Source of the DNA: Lingula anatina
Taxonomy: Eukaryota > Animalia > Brachiopoda
DNA length: 64,000 nucleotides
Assembly: GCA_051362555.1 (NCBI GenBank)
Contig: CM120643.1
Location: 4,278,001 to 4,342,000 of the forward strand
Direction of reading: 5' to 3'
Made by a program: the position numbers and the translations under genes. Under the pieces are notes generated by a model. The model saw only the letters and a program-made list of their open reading frames with translations. It searched no databases and was not told the origin of the DNA. Within the stretch, counting starts at the first letter, position 1; each line of letters starts with the position of its first letter. Below are positions 38,544 to 52,259 of this stretch, piece after piece.

Positions 38544-40255
38544 ATAGGGGATGTTCGGGATAGCCTATTTTGAACATCTGCGCAGCAGATGACGTCAAAC
38601 GAGACCTGAATTGGAGCGAGATTTCACGAGAGGTGGGGTTAAAATCTGCCATTGAAACTTCTCTCGCGGTCAGGCACAAGTCTATGTTTTAGGATTGCAT
38701 TGAGTAAAATTTGGCGTTGTCATGTAATTTGAGATAGAGCAACGCAATGGCGAATTGCTAATGTTGTGTCGTAGGGTGCATTGCAGATAAAGTAAAGCGA
38801 GAAAACCAGGAAAATGACTATGGATGACGGACACGACTGGTGAGAGAAGTGAAGTGAAGAAAGAGAAGTTGGGCTTGATTAGATTAAAAGGACTAAATGC
38901 CGAAATATTTAAAGTACAGATCAGGTCGCAGTATTTTGTAGAAAGAAAGGGACCAACTGCAGACAACTCGCACCCTGCACGTCACTGGCTCCATGGCATC
39001 ACCGTACAGACCGTATCATCAACGGTCGAGGGGCATATTAATAAGTAAGTTTTGTGTGTAGTTTACAGGACACCATGGTTTATTAATGTAATACAGCCCT
39101 AGTACTTGTGATTAATAGTCTTTTACGGTAACTATATCAGACAAATTTGCTTGTACCATTCCTAGCTCCATATAACGTGTACCTGATTATGAAATACTGG
39201 TGAACCTTCCACACCTCTTAAGTATACACAATGTTCAGTTGTAACATTCCATGCCGGGTGGTCAGTTATGATAATTGCAATTTGCAAGTAAGGTGGAAAT
39301 TAGGGTTGGTATTTTACAACAACGTTTATCACATAATGATATATATTTCAGAAAACTAAGTGAGTTATTTTTTATTTATTTTAGAGCATGACAGACACAG
39401 CACATGTTATTGAACCAGTCAAGAACTGCGAGAGTCATGTGGTCAGGATAATCAGATGTTGAAGATTGCTCAGTGTATATTAATCTCTTATGTCCTTAGT
39501 TATTATGTTGTTTACTTAATTATATCAGGAGTCAACAGATGGCATTTTTTTCTGGGTGTCACTTACAGTATCAGGCATTTTCTTTATTACTTTAAAATGA
39601 AATATTTGGTTTTATGAATATATATAGCCTATGTATATAGGCCTATGTATTGTACTGCACTAGTGATTTAATGAAGAAAAGTTTTTTACTTGCTAGTATC
39701 ATTCTTATGTTACTGTAGTGACTTTTTTTAATAACTATATGACACCTGTTTTTCATATCATTTACTCAGATCACAAATACAAGTTCGCCTGTGATGTGTT
39801 TATTTGTTGCATTTGTGTATAACTGTCAATAAAATGCAATGATTTTGTGAAAATTTCAACTTGTATGTTGTCCATTTTAATACTTTCTTTTGTCATCTTT
39901 CCTGTCATTTAAGTCGGATCTGATCACAATGAAACTTACATTTTGTGAATGCTATCCATTAGTTTCTATAGCATCATTTTCATAAGTAAATAAATGAAGA
40001 AAATTAACCTTAATATGATCAAACTCGAGCCTTTTGAATTAGTTACTATAAATTTAGTGAAATTAAATCAAAGATGCAGGCAAGTCTAATGTTCTGATAT
40101 GGCATCCATCCAATGTGTAAGTTCAGCTATTTTTCAAGTAAAGAAATCGCTGCTCTACTTCCTTGTGGACTCCATATTTTAACCCCACCTCAAAGCAGAT
40201 CTCGTAAAATCACGGGGAAACTTGGTCTTCTCGTTGAGAACCCGGACAGCCTCTA
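38544..40255 (+). mobile_element. Nested TIR element with a decayed THAP-domain ORF
   Basis: Imperfect inverted ends (tagggg…gaggtggggttaaaat / attttaaccccacctc…cctcta). The frame at ~38747 reads MANC*CCVVGC, and ~38915-38980 reads QIRSQYFVERKGPTADNSHP, similar to THAP ICSxHFxxGxPT..P.P. Confidence 0.55.
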
Positions 40256-40414
40256 TTATCTTTATTGATCCATCCTCCATTTTAGACCGTCTTCCAATAG
40301 AAAAGATTAGTTACTCGCCAATGTAAACTTAAAAATCTGACCTTCTTCCGGAAGATCCCGGAGGATGGCCTAAATCCGCCCCTGAGTTAGTCTAGGAATG
40401 GTCCCTAATATTCT

Positions 40415-40815
40415 TCTGGCCCTTGTGGACTGTCAATGTTCTTTTTATTAAGATAATTTATGTCACTTCATTAATATTATCTTTTGTCTCTTTTTCCAGC
40501 TCCAGTCTCCATAGAGCATGGTGACTTCTAGGTGATCTGACTTTACCTGGCTGGACATGGGGGGGATGTATTATTAATATGAAATAGACAGGAAATAACA
40601 GCTGCAGGAATATCCCTTCATCTCATGCAACTGTGCAAGACACAGCAAGTTTCAGGATGAATGGGTTATGAAGAACCAGAGACAGGACAGCCATGGTAAA
40701 CAGGGAACTGGACTTTTTGCAGGTTGTACACAAAATGAACAGCTGGTTTTGTCTTTGAAGTAACAGTGGGTATAATTGGTCTTCTTTCTTACCTCTGTAG
40801 AGACACAAGGCCAGT
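40415..40815 (+). repeat. ~400-bp direct duplicate of 42330-42725
   Basis: Shared ttttccagctccagtctccata..gcatggtg.cttctaggtga.ctgactttacctggctg and downstream blocks. Confidence 0.85.
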
Positions 40816-40966
40816 TATCCCAAGTTTTGGATTTGAATATTTTTTAATATAACTTAAAAAGCACGGGTTTAATAATTACCACACTTCTTTATTCAAAAAA
40901 AAAATTTATAATTGTAATGCGTATTGAAGTTGTTTAAGGGCATTTTTTTTTTCATTGTTAAATTCA

Positions 40967-41019
<53 letters not shown>

Positions 41020-41027
<8 letters not shown>

Positions 41028-41840
41028 TTATTCACAAAAAGACAAAAATACATATGTAGACACACACACAAACACACACACACACACAATAACACACAAG
41101 ACATTCATTATACATTAAGTAAACATGAATTAATGTAGATAGCCGGACTACGTACAAAACAGTATATTACAAGTGATGCTGCACATAACAAGATACAAAC
41201 ATTTTACATAGAAGAAATTAGCGAAAAAGTAAAGTAAATTTATAAGTGGAGAAACTAGTCAAAAATGGAATCCCAGGTTCTCCACTCTGTAAGAAAATGG
41301 CCTAATTGAAGTTTTTTTGAGAAACATATTTTTCTAATTCGAATTTTGATTTGATATATAAGAGAAGGGAAGGGAAGGTCGGCTGCATTTTTCTTTTAAA
41401 ACAGGTATATATATAAAATTTGGAGACAAGAATAATGTAATTTAAAGGCTTGAAATTTGTTTTGGATACTCCAAAAAGTATATTTTCATCATAGAGTGTA
41501 ATTCTTTCATCAGTTTTGTTAGCAATCAAGCGTTCCATTTCAGTCCAAATGTTTCTTATTCGATAGCAATTTAGCAAATCTTCCCTCTCCGCTCCACAGA
41601 TAAAGCATTTCTCTGACACCTCAATACCGATTCTTTTCAGGTATGACCTAACTGGTAAGATTCTAAAAATTATTCTGTATTGGAACCACTGAAGTTTTGT
41701 TTCTCGTGTAACATAGAAACAATTCTCGTAAACATACTTCCAAGTGATATTTATATTTAGATCTAGGTTCCATTTCCTTTCGTGTACCAAGTTTTCAGGA
41801 GTTTCACTCATGAGAACCTGATAGAAATCTTTACACGTTT
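41020..41840 (-). mobile_element. 5'-truncated L1/Tx1-like LINE, 3' end of ORF2 (zf-RVT region) plus 3' UTR
   Basis: 169-aa ORF with TKLQWFQYRIIFRILP…CFICGAEREDL…ILFG…LNYIILVSKFYIY. Confidence 0.85.
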
Positions 41841-43109
41841 AAGGGCATTTTTAAGGGCATTTTTTATCCACATCTCTCATTTGTTACCAATGCATTTTTT
41901 AAAATTTAAACCATTAATTATAAATGCACAAAATATCTAAAAGAAGAATACTTCCATTAAAATATTGTTCATGTACACTTAGCTCTTCATATAAAGTGGC
42001 TGAAGGACGTGTTAAAATTTCCTTGGTGACTCCTCTCAAATTACTCCTCAGAAAATGTCTTTCAATTAGTCATTAGTCCAGATTTTTACAATTGTTAGGC
42101 AATTTGTGTGCAAATTTCACAAAAAATCTCGAAGATTTGCAGAGTTCTGTTTATTTAATTGTGTTCAATCTGAGAATGTGCTGGTCTCAGCAGTCACAAT
42201 TGTGTCCAGCAGCCTCCAAAAGACAAGGTCATTTTTAACTTATCACAGTTCAATCACCACAACAATGATGTCTACCATATAAGGTGGGCACTTGGCAGTG
42301 TACCATAGTTTTAATATTTTTCCCAACTGGCTCTGGTGGACTGTCAGGTTTTTTGTCTTTTCTTTGTATTAAGATAATTTGTGTTCCTTCACTTATACAT
42401 TGTCATGTCTCTTTTCCAGCTCCAGTCTCCATACAGCATGGTGTCTTCTAGGTGAACTGACTTTACCTGGCTGAATATGGGGGGAATGTATTTTATAAGA
42501 CTGAAGCAGACATGAAAAGACAGCAACAGGAACATCTTCATCTCACCCAGTTGTGCAAGACACGGGATGTGGCAAGTTTTAGGATGAATGAACAGCCAGA
42601 GACAGGGCAGTCATTGTAAACTGGTGACTGGACCTCTTGCAGATAGCAGACAAAATGTATTTTTTTCTTATATACAAATAAGGATAGATAATTTGTTTCC
42701 CCTCTTTCCTTGTAAAGACACAAACACCAATTGTAACATTTTTTTTTTGGGGGGGGGGGGGGAATGATTATTTCAATGTTGAAAGCATGATTAGTATGAA
42801 TAAAGTTAATGTTTCACTGCTTTAATTATAATGTTAATTTAAGTTTTATAGTTGTTAAGTGCTTTATTAATCACACCTGTCATTTGTTAAGAATTTGAAC
42901 CAATTCATCTTGTATGCACAAAACACATAAAATGAATATTTACATTTTAATTTGATCACCATTACATACGAGCAGTATCAAGATATAAATACCAAGTTTG
43001 GTGAAACAAAAATAATCTTGTGCATTTTACAAAAGCATCCTGTATTTGAATTACTTATCATTGAATTGTTTCTGATAATGTACAAATTTTTAAGGATATT
43101 ACAGAGAGG

Positions 43110-43330
43110 ATTCACAGGCATTGCAAACAGTAACATTTATCAGTGACATTTATGTTTTTAGCAAATACACTTCTGGAATTGTGTAAAGAGCTGCTGGCAG
43201 ACCAAGAGGTCAGTTTTATACTAAGTGAGAGAGAGTGCTGCCAGAACCACCCAGAACAAGACTTCCAAACACAGCAGATCCTGTGGAGCCAGTTATATGG
43301 AACAGTACAATTACACAACAAATGTGGGTT
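43110..43330 (+). mobile_element. Decayed P-element/THAP9-like transposase C-terminal fragment
   Basis: LLELCKELLADQEVSFILSERECCQNHPEQDF resembles the P-element motif ..LL..g..yiLteRfnQDplE.fF. Confidence 0.45.
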
Positions 43331-44012
43331 CCAGGTAACACAAAGAATCAATTTCTCCCATATGCATGGAAACTATAGAGGCAGGGTATATAAAGCAAGG
43401 AGATTGTGTTGGACAATACCCTATCACTGAAGGTGAATAGGCACAATGGAAATGTTTAAAAGTGAATTGATATTTCAGCTCAGTTGTGATGTGTTATAAT
43501 AATTTTCCCCATATGCTTGGAAACTGTTACAGAACTAGTAGAGGTAGTATATACAGTGAGATTGTGGTAGACAATACACCATAACTGAAGAGAACAAGAC
43601 ATCTGTGAAAATATTTAAATGTGAATATATATATTTCAGGTCATATATGATGAGTTATAGATGATCTCTGTTATTGTGAGATCATTAAGTTGCAATTGCA
43701 AATTTTATGACATATTTATTATATACAGACACTTTCAGTCTGTCTATATTCTGATCACTGTGTCTGTCCAGTGTCATTGCCATAGTCAGCACTTTGTGAC
43801 ACATCTGTTGTTTACCCTATAACTGATAAACTGTATTTTTGTTTTTTAATTTTATTTCGAGTACATCAAATTGAAATAGCAATGTAGATATGTTTGTCTG
43901 TCTATGTTTCTGATTCTGAAATTTATTTTAATTACTAAATATAATTGTCATTTTGTGAATTTATGAAATTATTATAAGTTCATTGTTAAATGATTTGTCA
44001 GGTGCATGACAG

Positions 44013-44185
44013 CAGTCAGAAGGTTCATTGGTCTGATAGTTTGATGATGCCAAGATCCAATGGTTCAAAAGGTTCAATAGTCAGAAGGTTCATTGGTCTG
44101 ATAGTTTGATGATGCAAAGATCCAATGGTTCAAAAGATTCAATAGTCAGAAGGTTCATTGGTCTGATAGTTTGATGATGCAAATG
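44013..44185. repeat. ~68-bp tandem repeat, ~2.5 copies
   Basis: agtcagaaggttcattggtctgatagtttgatgatgc repeated three times. Confidence 0.85.
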
Positions 44186-44619
44186 CCCAGCTGTTCCAAA
44201 GGTTTGCATTTATGAATTTAATAGTTTCATAGTTTATTCATTGTAACATATACACCCACCTGGGTAGATGAAAATGAAAATATGAATGTTTTTTTAAATA
44301 AGTATGCTGTTAACCAATTACAATGTGTATAACTACTAACTTATGAAAGACGATTTTTGTAATTTACCCAAGTTGCTTTTACTATTACTCGATTGCCAAT
44401 AGGTGCAGCACTGTCTTGTAGATCCTTCCTAGCAAGGAGAAAGATGAAAGGCAGGGGAAATAGTTTCTGAGCCACCTTTACATATTAATGAGTGCTTTAA
44501 ACAATTTTGACAATCACCACTGTAACAACTAACTATATGTAGTTAATGATGTAATAGTCAGTGCTCTTTTAATCAACTGTATGATCCCTTTATTTCCTCT
44601 AAAGCAAGCATCAAATTCA

Positions 44620-45150
44620 GAATAGCAGCGCATATTGCTATGCACTGAGCAAAGCGTTTTTGCATTTTGTCTCTAGTGTATTTTGTTTTTCCTGGAATCA
44701 CTTGACCAGAAAATGGTGCTTTTTCTATTTGTTTTTTCAGAGCTTTGGTAAAGTGTCATGTGTCCCAAAAGATTTCAACATTGTCACATGCAGCTGGGCT
44801 CAGCTGTCCCCATCAGTGGTTAAACTTGTCCCCAATGCTGTCTTCTTCTCGTAGATTGGCTCTTCTTCTGAGCAGGAGAGCAGTATGGCAGAGCTTGTTA
44901 ATAATGTAAACACCAATAACGTCCTTCTGGCTGGTCACATTCTCTGCTACAGTGGACACAGTCTGAGTGGCTGGCTGTGCTGTTTTGTTCCCTCCGCTGA
45001 ACAGGCTATTATTGTATCTCCCATCTCCTTCCACTGCTATGGGTTGTCGTCCATACCCTCTGAGATCCTAAATGTGACGTAGGTTTTTACAACATTGCTC
45101 CATGTCAGCTTTGTTCAATTCTACGTAGCCAGGGCATCTTTTGACGTCTA
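44620..45150 (-). mobile_element. Decayed Mutator/Kolobok-like DDE transposase fragment
   Basis: LNKADM…LRG…PIAVEGDGRYNN…QPATQ…AENVTSQKDVIG…NKLC and KAPFSGQVIPGKTK, a pattern recalled from invertebrate Mutator-like transposases; stops and deletions present. Confidence 0.6.
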
Positions 45151-45196
45151 CCCTGGCTCTGACCTTGTGCACTCCCCTTGCCAGCTGTCTGTTGAT

Positions 45197-45572
45197 GTGG
45201 TTAGCCCACTCTGTACATCCAGCAATGTATTGTTTGGTCTCTCTCACCTCCTCATGGTGTGGGTTGTTGGAAGTACATGGAGAGCTCAGTGGTTAGCCCA
45301 CTCTGTACATCCAGCAATGTATTGTTTGGTCTTCCTCACCTCCTCATGGTGTGGGTTGTTAGAGGTACATGGAGAGCTCAGTGGTTAGCCCACTCTGTAC
45401 ATCTAGCAACGTATTGTTTGGTCTTCCTCACCTCCTCATGGTGTGGGTTGTTAGAGGTACATGGAGAGCTCAGTGGTTATAAGCCCACTCTGTACATCCA
45501 GCAATGTATTGTTTGGTCTTCCTCACCTCCTCGTGGTGTGGGTTGTTGGAAGTACATGGGGAGCTCAGTGGT
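45197..45572. repeat. 92-bp tandem repeat, ~4 copies
   Basis: gtggttagcccactctgtacatccagcaatgtattg…ggagagctca; period 92 (45197, 45289). Confidence 0.92.
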
Positions 45573-46914
45573 ACAGGGTGCTTAGGTATTCTAGCTTTTG
45601 GAGGTCCTGTTGTGTGCCACTTTTTGGAGTAGTAGTTTGACATGAACTTGCATTCTTCTTGAAATCTTCCAAATCCTCTTCCTTGTATGAAAAGTTAAAA
45701 CCATTATTATAGAGGTCATGCAGCCTCTGATGCACACCTCTAAAGTTCTCACCCGGTGTTTTGCCAAAATATGTACTGCACTATTTGGCACTGAAGCTGC
45801 CAAAATAAGTACGCTGTGAAAATAAGTATGCTGGTGACAGCTCCGTACTGGCGATCTTTGGGCATTTTTTCTTTTAGTGAAACTGTATATCTATCGATAT
45901 GAAACTAAATCAAATCTATCACAACAAGGGAGGATAATGTATAGGTTTATATTTTGAATGATTATACAGTGCAATTTTCTTAGTTATAAGATTTATAATG
46001 CAGGAATTGCCTAAAATGTAATGAACATAACATATTGACATGATCTATTGCAGATCAGTTTTACTTCTAGGTTCAGGTCATTAGATCATATATTATTGGT
46101 GATTTATTTTAAAAATTGAGCTGCCAAAATTAGTCCTTGAACAAAGAAGTCATGGTGCGGGCTAGTGCCTATCCTTAGTCCAAACCTTAAAATGAATTCA
46201 ATACAAAAGATCTAAAAAAGAATTAGGTATGTCTCCATCCACTTGGTGTAGTAGTCTGACAGAGTGAGGACATATTTATTGCCATTCTCTGATAACGGCA
46301 GAGGGCCTATCAGGTCAGTGCCAACAGTCTCCCATTTGCCAACAACTTTGATAGGCTGCAACACTTTTTTTAACAATGTTTATTCAAGGGATATGGAGGC
46401 AAAGCGCTAAAAGCATTAGATGCTCTCCACGTAAAACAAAATTAAATAAGTAAATAAATAAAACAAACAGATATGTATATGCATATACACAAGAAGCACA
46501 GAAAAAAAAATATATATATAATAACAAAAAAAAAGAGATCAAAGGAGGTCATAACTAGTTAACGTACACAACTAAGTACAAACATTAGAGATCAGATTTC
46601 AGTATTGGAACACAAAAGTTACCAGAAATAATTAAATACAGAAAGAAAGAAAATAAAAGGCAGAAGAAAAGGATCGTAACTAATTTACGTATACAACACA
46701 ACTAAATACAATTTGGATTACATTAATAACAAAGAAAATTACATGAAATCAGAAAATGAAATCAGTTCAGTCAAGTAGAGAAAAGATAGTGCTTATTGAG
46801 TGATGTCAAGGTTTTCGAGTGGAAAATTTGCAATGGTTTCGAAGATCATTTCATTTTGGGTAGTTGATAGAGATCTATCCACGTTATTCCAACTCCAAGA
46901 TTATGACTTTCACT

Positions 46915-47320
46915 TACTATATCACTTGCAAAAATAGAGAATAAAGTTGGCGAGATGTTGTTGCCTTGCCTTACACCAGTACGACAGTTGAACCAGTCAG
47001 TATACGTGTCATTGATTTTGACACAGGCAGTTGTTTGATAGTATATGTTTTTCAGTACTCGATAAAATTTCCATCTACCCCATTTATCAATAACTTATAC
47101 AACCTAATATCTCTATCAATGTAATCGAAAAATTTTTTTAGATTAATAAATGCTGCGAATACCTGTGTGTTATTCTTAACAATACTATTGAGTGCAAAGA
47201 CATGATCTTCACATGATGTATGTTTCCTGAAACCATTTTGCTCATCTGCATGTAAGTTATTGTTATTCAGGTAAGCAGACAGTCGATTACACAATAACAT
47301 GTTATATGTTAAATATTTGT
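46915..47320 (-). mobile_element. Non-LTR retrotransposon reverse transcriptase fragment
   Basis: DEQNGFRKHTSCEDHVF…FAAFINLKKFFD, then after a frameshift WFNCRTGVRQGNNISPTLFSIF. Confidence 0.88.
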
Positions 47321-48509
47321 GGTGTGGCACAAGTAAATGGGAAAGTAATTGTAATTTTCTTTTAAATCCTAGCTATATAGAAGAGAGGGAGGGGTGGTGT
47401 ATTACAGTATTTTATCAAAGAAACCATCACTGATTTCATTCTACTTTATAAAAGTCTTGTATCTAGGAAAACTTGTTTCAGCATATTCATTAATTTTATA
47501 TAACTTTTCTCACAGACCAGCATTTGTTGGTCTAAGTAACCAATACACATTTTGTACAAGGATCTAAGGAATAGTAAAAAATGCTAAAAGCAAAAGGCTG
47601 TTACAGTAACAACAACAAAAAAATCATATGTATACGTATAGATATATAGTTCAAATGAAAAGATTCCAAATCTTCGCGTTATAATGATCGTTTTCTCTAT
47701 AATGAAGTGAGTTACCTGAAACAGTGTACCTTTATAGTCTACCTGTAACTTTGTTATTTCAGTCAGTGTCCAAGGAGAGATTTTATCTACAGAAAACAGC
47801 AGATCGTTTACACTAGTGTCTATAGCATACACATGTCACATGACCCCTCCATCTGCTATGGGAGGTCTGAATCCATAATGTGTACTGGTGGCTAGATGTG
47901 TGCCTTACTTAACTATTTTGGCTCTGATTAAATCGGGTGCATCCTTGCATACACTGATTTCAAACTGGCCGTCTAGCAGATGCTCATCAGTATATTGGTT
48001 AGCTTCCTTTATCTGGTAAACTTCTGGTAATATTAATTATAGGCTGGTGGTTTCTTGTTTGGACTATTTAAACCTAAGAAATAAGAATAGAAATAAAATA
48101 TACTAACTGCATTTAGACTCCATTTCTCGTCCATATTTTCCGTTTTTGATAGCATGCATAATATGAAAATGAATTTTCTATTTCTGCTTGCCACTGAAAA
48201 TATTTTACTAATTCCAACCCCTGCTTCCCTTTCAAAGACCCCTATACTTTTTTTTCTTTTGAGTTGTTCTTTTTGTAGAAAAGTTACACTTCCATCTATC
48301 TGTCCTATGTAAGCATGTAGCAGCTACCTTATGGCAGGAATAAACATGGCCGCCTGCTAGCATATGGACTGAAAATGTCCACATAAGTTTTGAGTAGATA
48401 TCAAGCCCAACCTGATTTTCACATATATCTCACCTTATATTCATGTCTTTTCAACCGTGAATAATTAGCTTGTCTGAGGCAGGGGCTAATATAAAAAATG
48501 AACATCTTT

Positions 48510-48960
48510 TATCCTCAAGTCATTGTGAGATTCTTCTTTTAATCAGCACTGCATGTAAGAATAAAGCGATCAAAATATTGATCACTAACAATGATTGGCC
48601 ACTATTGCCTTTGTCATAGTAAAGAAAAAGCAAACAAACACATATCTGAACAGTTGAAAAAATTAAAAAAGCATTGAAGGGAGGTAGAAAGACATAAAAT
48701 AAACCTGGGCGCAATCTTGATCCCTGATACTGCCTCATTTATGCCGTAGAGGAGTAGTCCCTCATAAAACAAATCTTCTAACACCTGGCTGTCCATTTTG
48801 TTGAGGAATTTAATGGCCACCAAGTTGCCCAACGACAGCTCAGAGTCCAAGAAGACGCTGCCAAAGGCCCTCTACGCTAGCTGGTGATGGATTTTGAAGT
48901 TCTCTTCGTTGAGCAGACCTGGGAATGGGGCTTTTTCGTAGAACAGATCAACATCCTTCT
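48510..48960 (-). pseudogene. Decayed intronless protein-kinase fragment
   Basis: FKIHHQLA*RAFGSVFL…LVAIKFL…EDLFYEGLLL (subdomains I-III) and a frameshifted HNDLR catalytic-loop-like motif at 48513-48527. Confidence 0.65.
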
Positions 48961-49609
48961 TGTCTGCAATATAAGGATAGTTGTTTGGATAATTGGATAT
49001 TGCAATAATTGTAAAAATAATTCTAATGTAAATTGTAAGAGTGAAAAGTTGCACATTTCTGCAAGAGACCACTCTGATCCGCAATAGAAAGGCAATTTAA
49101 AAAAGGCAATTTCCCTGCAACAACTTATGTACCGGCTTAAAAGTTAAAGATGTTTTTGCAGCCACTAGAGGTTCATTACCTATAAAGATTACAGGAAATT
49201 GTTAATGTCATGTTAAAATCTAACACCTTGAATATGTCATACAATAGGGTAATTCTCATAAATAATGTGCTAATAGATGTAACACAAACAAACTACAAAT
49301 GTATGTGGTATAGTAAGCAAATGCTTATTATTTCTTGGTGGTTCTTTAGATGTAGGAAATATATTAGTAAGAAATATTACATACAGGTAGATGGTGGTTC
49401 TTCTGTTTCTCGGCCCCCAACAACACCTTAGAGGGCCAATTCCCCTATAATCTCTCAATTAACTGAAATTTAATAAACAAAATAAAGATACACCTCACTT
49501 TAAGTAATATACAGCAATAGGTAATCAGTTTTGTTTATAACACCTTGCCTTTTTCATTATTTTTATTTATTATTATTATTTTTTTTTTTTACAATTATAT
49601 TTAAAACAT

Positions 49610-49790
49610 ACCTTTTGTTCTAAAGGGGATAGTTCTTTGGGCAGGGACCGCCCCCTGTCTTCCCCATACTTTCTCCGTTGTTTTTCTGTGTGTTTTGTCT
49701 TGGAACATAAATCTATTCATTTCCTACGTACACTTGTGTTGTCTCGGGGAACTTTGGACACAGTTGACGCTACAAGCAGGAAGATAGAGA
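49610..49790 (-). mobile_element. Decayed Myb/SANT-like DNA-binding ORF (Harbinger accessory type)
   Basis: STVSKVPRDNTSVRRK*IDLCSKTK…RRKYG…PKELSPLEQK|gt. Confidence 0.6.
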
Positions 49791-50779
49791 CCGATGTATG
49801 TTCCGATATTCACCAAGAACCCTTTAACTTCACATTAATGTTTCCAATTCTCTTCAATATGCTGTGTGTAATGATGTAATTCCCTATGTTTATAAAAGAA
49901 GTAATTAAGTGGAGGATGGAATTGTAAGATTAAAATATATCAATAGTCAAGTCATCTATCTATTCTAGTGCTTTTGATTTTAAAAATTCGGCACTAACCT
50001 TCTTGTAATTTCCTGCCACGCCTTCATTTTTGCCTCATTGGTTTTGCAAACAAAAATTTCTTAGATTCCAATCACCTGTTCTCACAAATGTATAAAAAGC
50101 AATCTCTGTAAACAAAATTTAACCAAAAAGACCATGTTTTATTTTGTGGGATAACTCTCTGGTAAACTCTGAGAATTCTGTTTGAGTTTCTTAAATATCA
50201 TCAAAAAAATTACAGGTAAAAATCATTCTTCTCACCATTCCTTTCTCACAGTACCAATGTAAGTTACCTGTGATTTTCTTCTTTAACTCCTAAAATTCAT
50301 TATTAGTAATACATAGAAAACTAATTACATTCCAGGCAAAAGGGTCTGTAAACTCAAAATTGAATTTGACAGGGTCAAAAGATGCTATATTGAGAACAGA
50401 TTGATTTTTTTCTATTTCCTTTGCCATTGATAATAATCTGGATTGGACTTCAAGTAAAAGTATTGTTTTGTCAATTTTGTCATTACTCCCAGAATAACCA
50501 TTTTTCCCCCATTTGCAGGTTGTTTTTCTTTACTTAAAATCTTGTTGACTTTTAAAAGCTGCTGAATTCTCTTCAGTGTTCTTTTGGAATGTTTTCTTGT
50601 GGTTCATCATTTTTAACAAAATTTTAGATGGATCACAGTTGGAGTTTATTATCAAAGTGCAGCAAGTGCAACACAAAATTTTGTTTCAGTACCTTCTTCC
50701 AATTAAGCCAAATAACATAGCTCATGCTGAGTAACATAAGTCCCAAAAAAGCACAGATAAATGCAAATGCAAGTTTGTT

Positions 50780-52020
50780 GTACAGCATGAACTTTGGTGG
50801 AGGCATTTTCAAGGCAAAAGCTAACAAAGAAAAGAAAGGATAGAGCTTAAAAATGGAAAGCAAGGAAGAAACCAACATGCAATATGTAAAATTGTCAGCA
50901 TCAGTTCTTGACCTTTTCTTTTTCAGCCTTGTAAGGGTGTTCTGTGTTGGTGTAATCTTGGTAACAAGCTCTGTGATATGCTTCAACTTGCCCATCTTAC
51001 CAGTGACTCTTGATTGTATTGTAGCATGCATCTTGGCAAATGCCAGCTGCTTTTTTAAATGTATCCCAGCTTCATAATATGAAGTTTTGATACACAGTTG
51101 CAGGCACAATTTCAAACAGTGATATTGGACCTGTGTACAGAAGGAACTGCCGAAACTCAGTTGCTTTCCAGTATGCAATTTCAAAGAGTGATCAAGGTTT
51201 CCTTGCAAACTCTGATGGTATACTGTCTTTTAAGGCCACTAAACGTCTTGATATTTCTTGCAATACCCTATTAACAATTCTACAGGATAACGGGCCCTTC
51301 ATCCACAGATTTAACAGCCTTTTCACTACCCCCAGACAAACAAGGTGCATATAATCAAGAGGAAAACATGACACCATTCTAATGTTTAGCTGAGATAAAG
51401 GGGTGGGTCCCATGTGATGGTCTTCATCATTTTTTTTTATCAAAAGAAATATCGGTTCTGACTGTAGCATTGGTTTCAGGAAAAGGCATTTTTCCCATCC
51501 ACTTGCCTGCTTGAATATACTTATCACACCCATGATAACCAGAGAAAGACTTGACATTTTTCACAAAGGGACTGGCAGGTGTATCACAAATGAATGAATG
51601 GATAGCAATAAATAAATAAATGTTTCCCATGACAGGGGAAACCTCCCTGAATTTGTTTAAATTCATCAATAAAATCATGAAAATATTCGTTGATATCATT
51701 GGGCTTTGCTGTGCCTGAATATAATGCAATGATAAAAGGCTTACTGTATTGGTTAGGAATATTTACAATTCTCTCCATTATAGGCCAGAAATTATGACCA
51801 GTACTCTTAAACAGAGGGAGCCCATCTACATTTATCTGGAGGCTAGGAACAAAATTGTCAGATATACGCTGAATGTCTTGGATTTGATGGCAAAGGCTGT
51901 GAACAATCCCAAAATAAAAATAGTCTCCACCACATTTACTTATAATGTCATATTGGGTAGTTGTTTTTTCTTTAATATTCTTGGGTCCTTAGGCAAATGA
52001 AGATGGTAAAAATCTGTTAA
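50780..52020 (-). mobile_element. EnSpm/CACTA-like transposase pseudogene, copy 1
   Basis: Frameshifted motifs PFIIALYSG..KP, FICDTPA, SGYHGCDK, FPLDYMHLVCLGVVKRLL, IPSEFARKP and WKATEFRQFLLYTGP. Confidence 0.85.
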
Positions 52021-52259
52021 ATGACCAATGCTTATTTATGAAATTCAATGGTGTACATAATAACTTACATGTAGATTCAACAGTGGCCTTGCAGGTATTT
52101 GTAGGAGGTAGAGGAAATGGAGACTTGTAGTCTTCTCTTGATTAAAAAAAATTATCCCATTATCTAAAAATCTGTGTGTTATCCTGGGTCAGTTCCATTT
52201 TACACTTTTCTAGGTCCTTCTTAAATATTTTTGTGTCCATGAGGGTTCCATCTGGTTCT

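Larger units (their letters stand above)
35533..40405. mobile_element. PIF/Harbinger-like non-autonomous element carrying nested insertions
   Basis: TAA|GGGACCATTCCCAGACT … AGTCTAGGAATGGTCCC|TAA: 17-bp TIR with one mismatch and a TAA target-site duplication, as in Harbinger. Confidence 0.75.
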
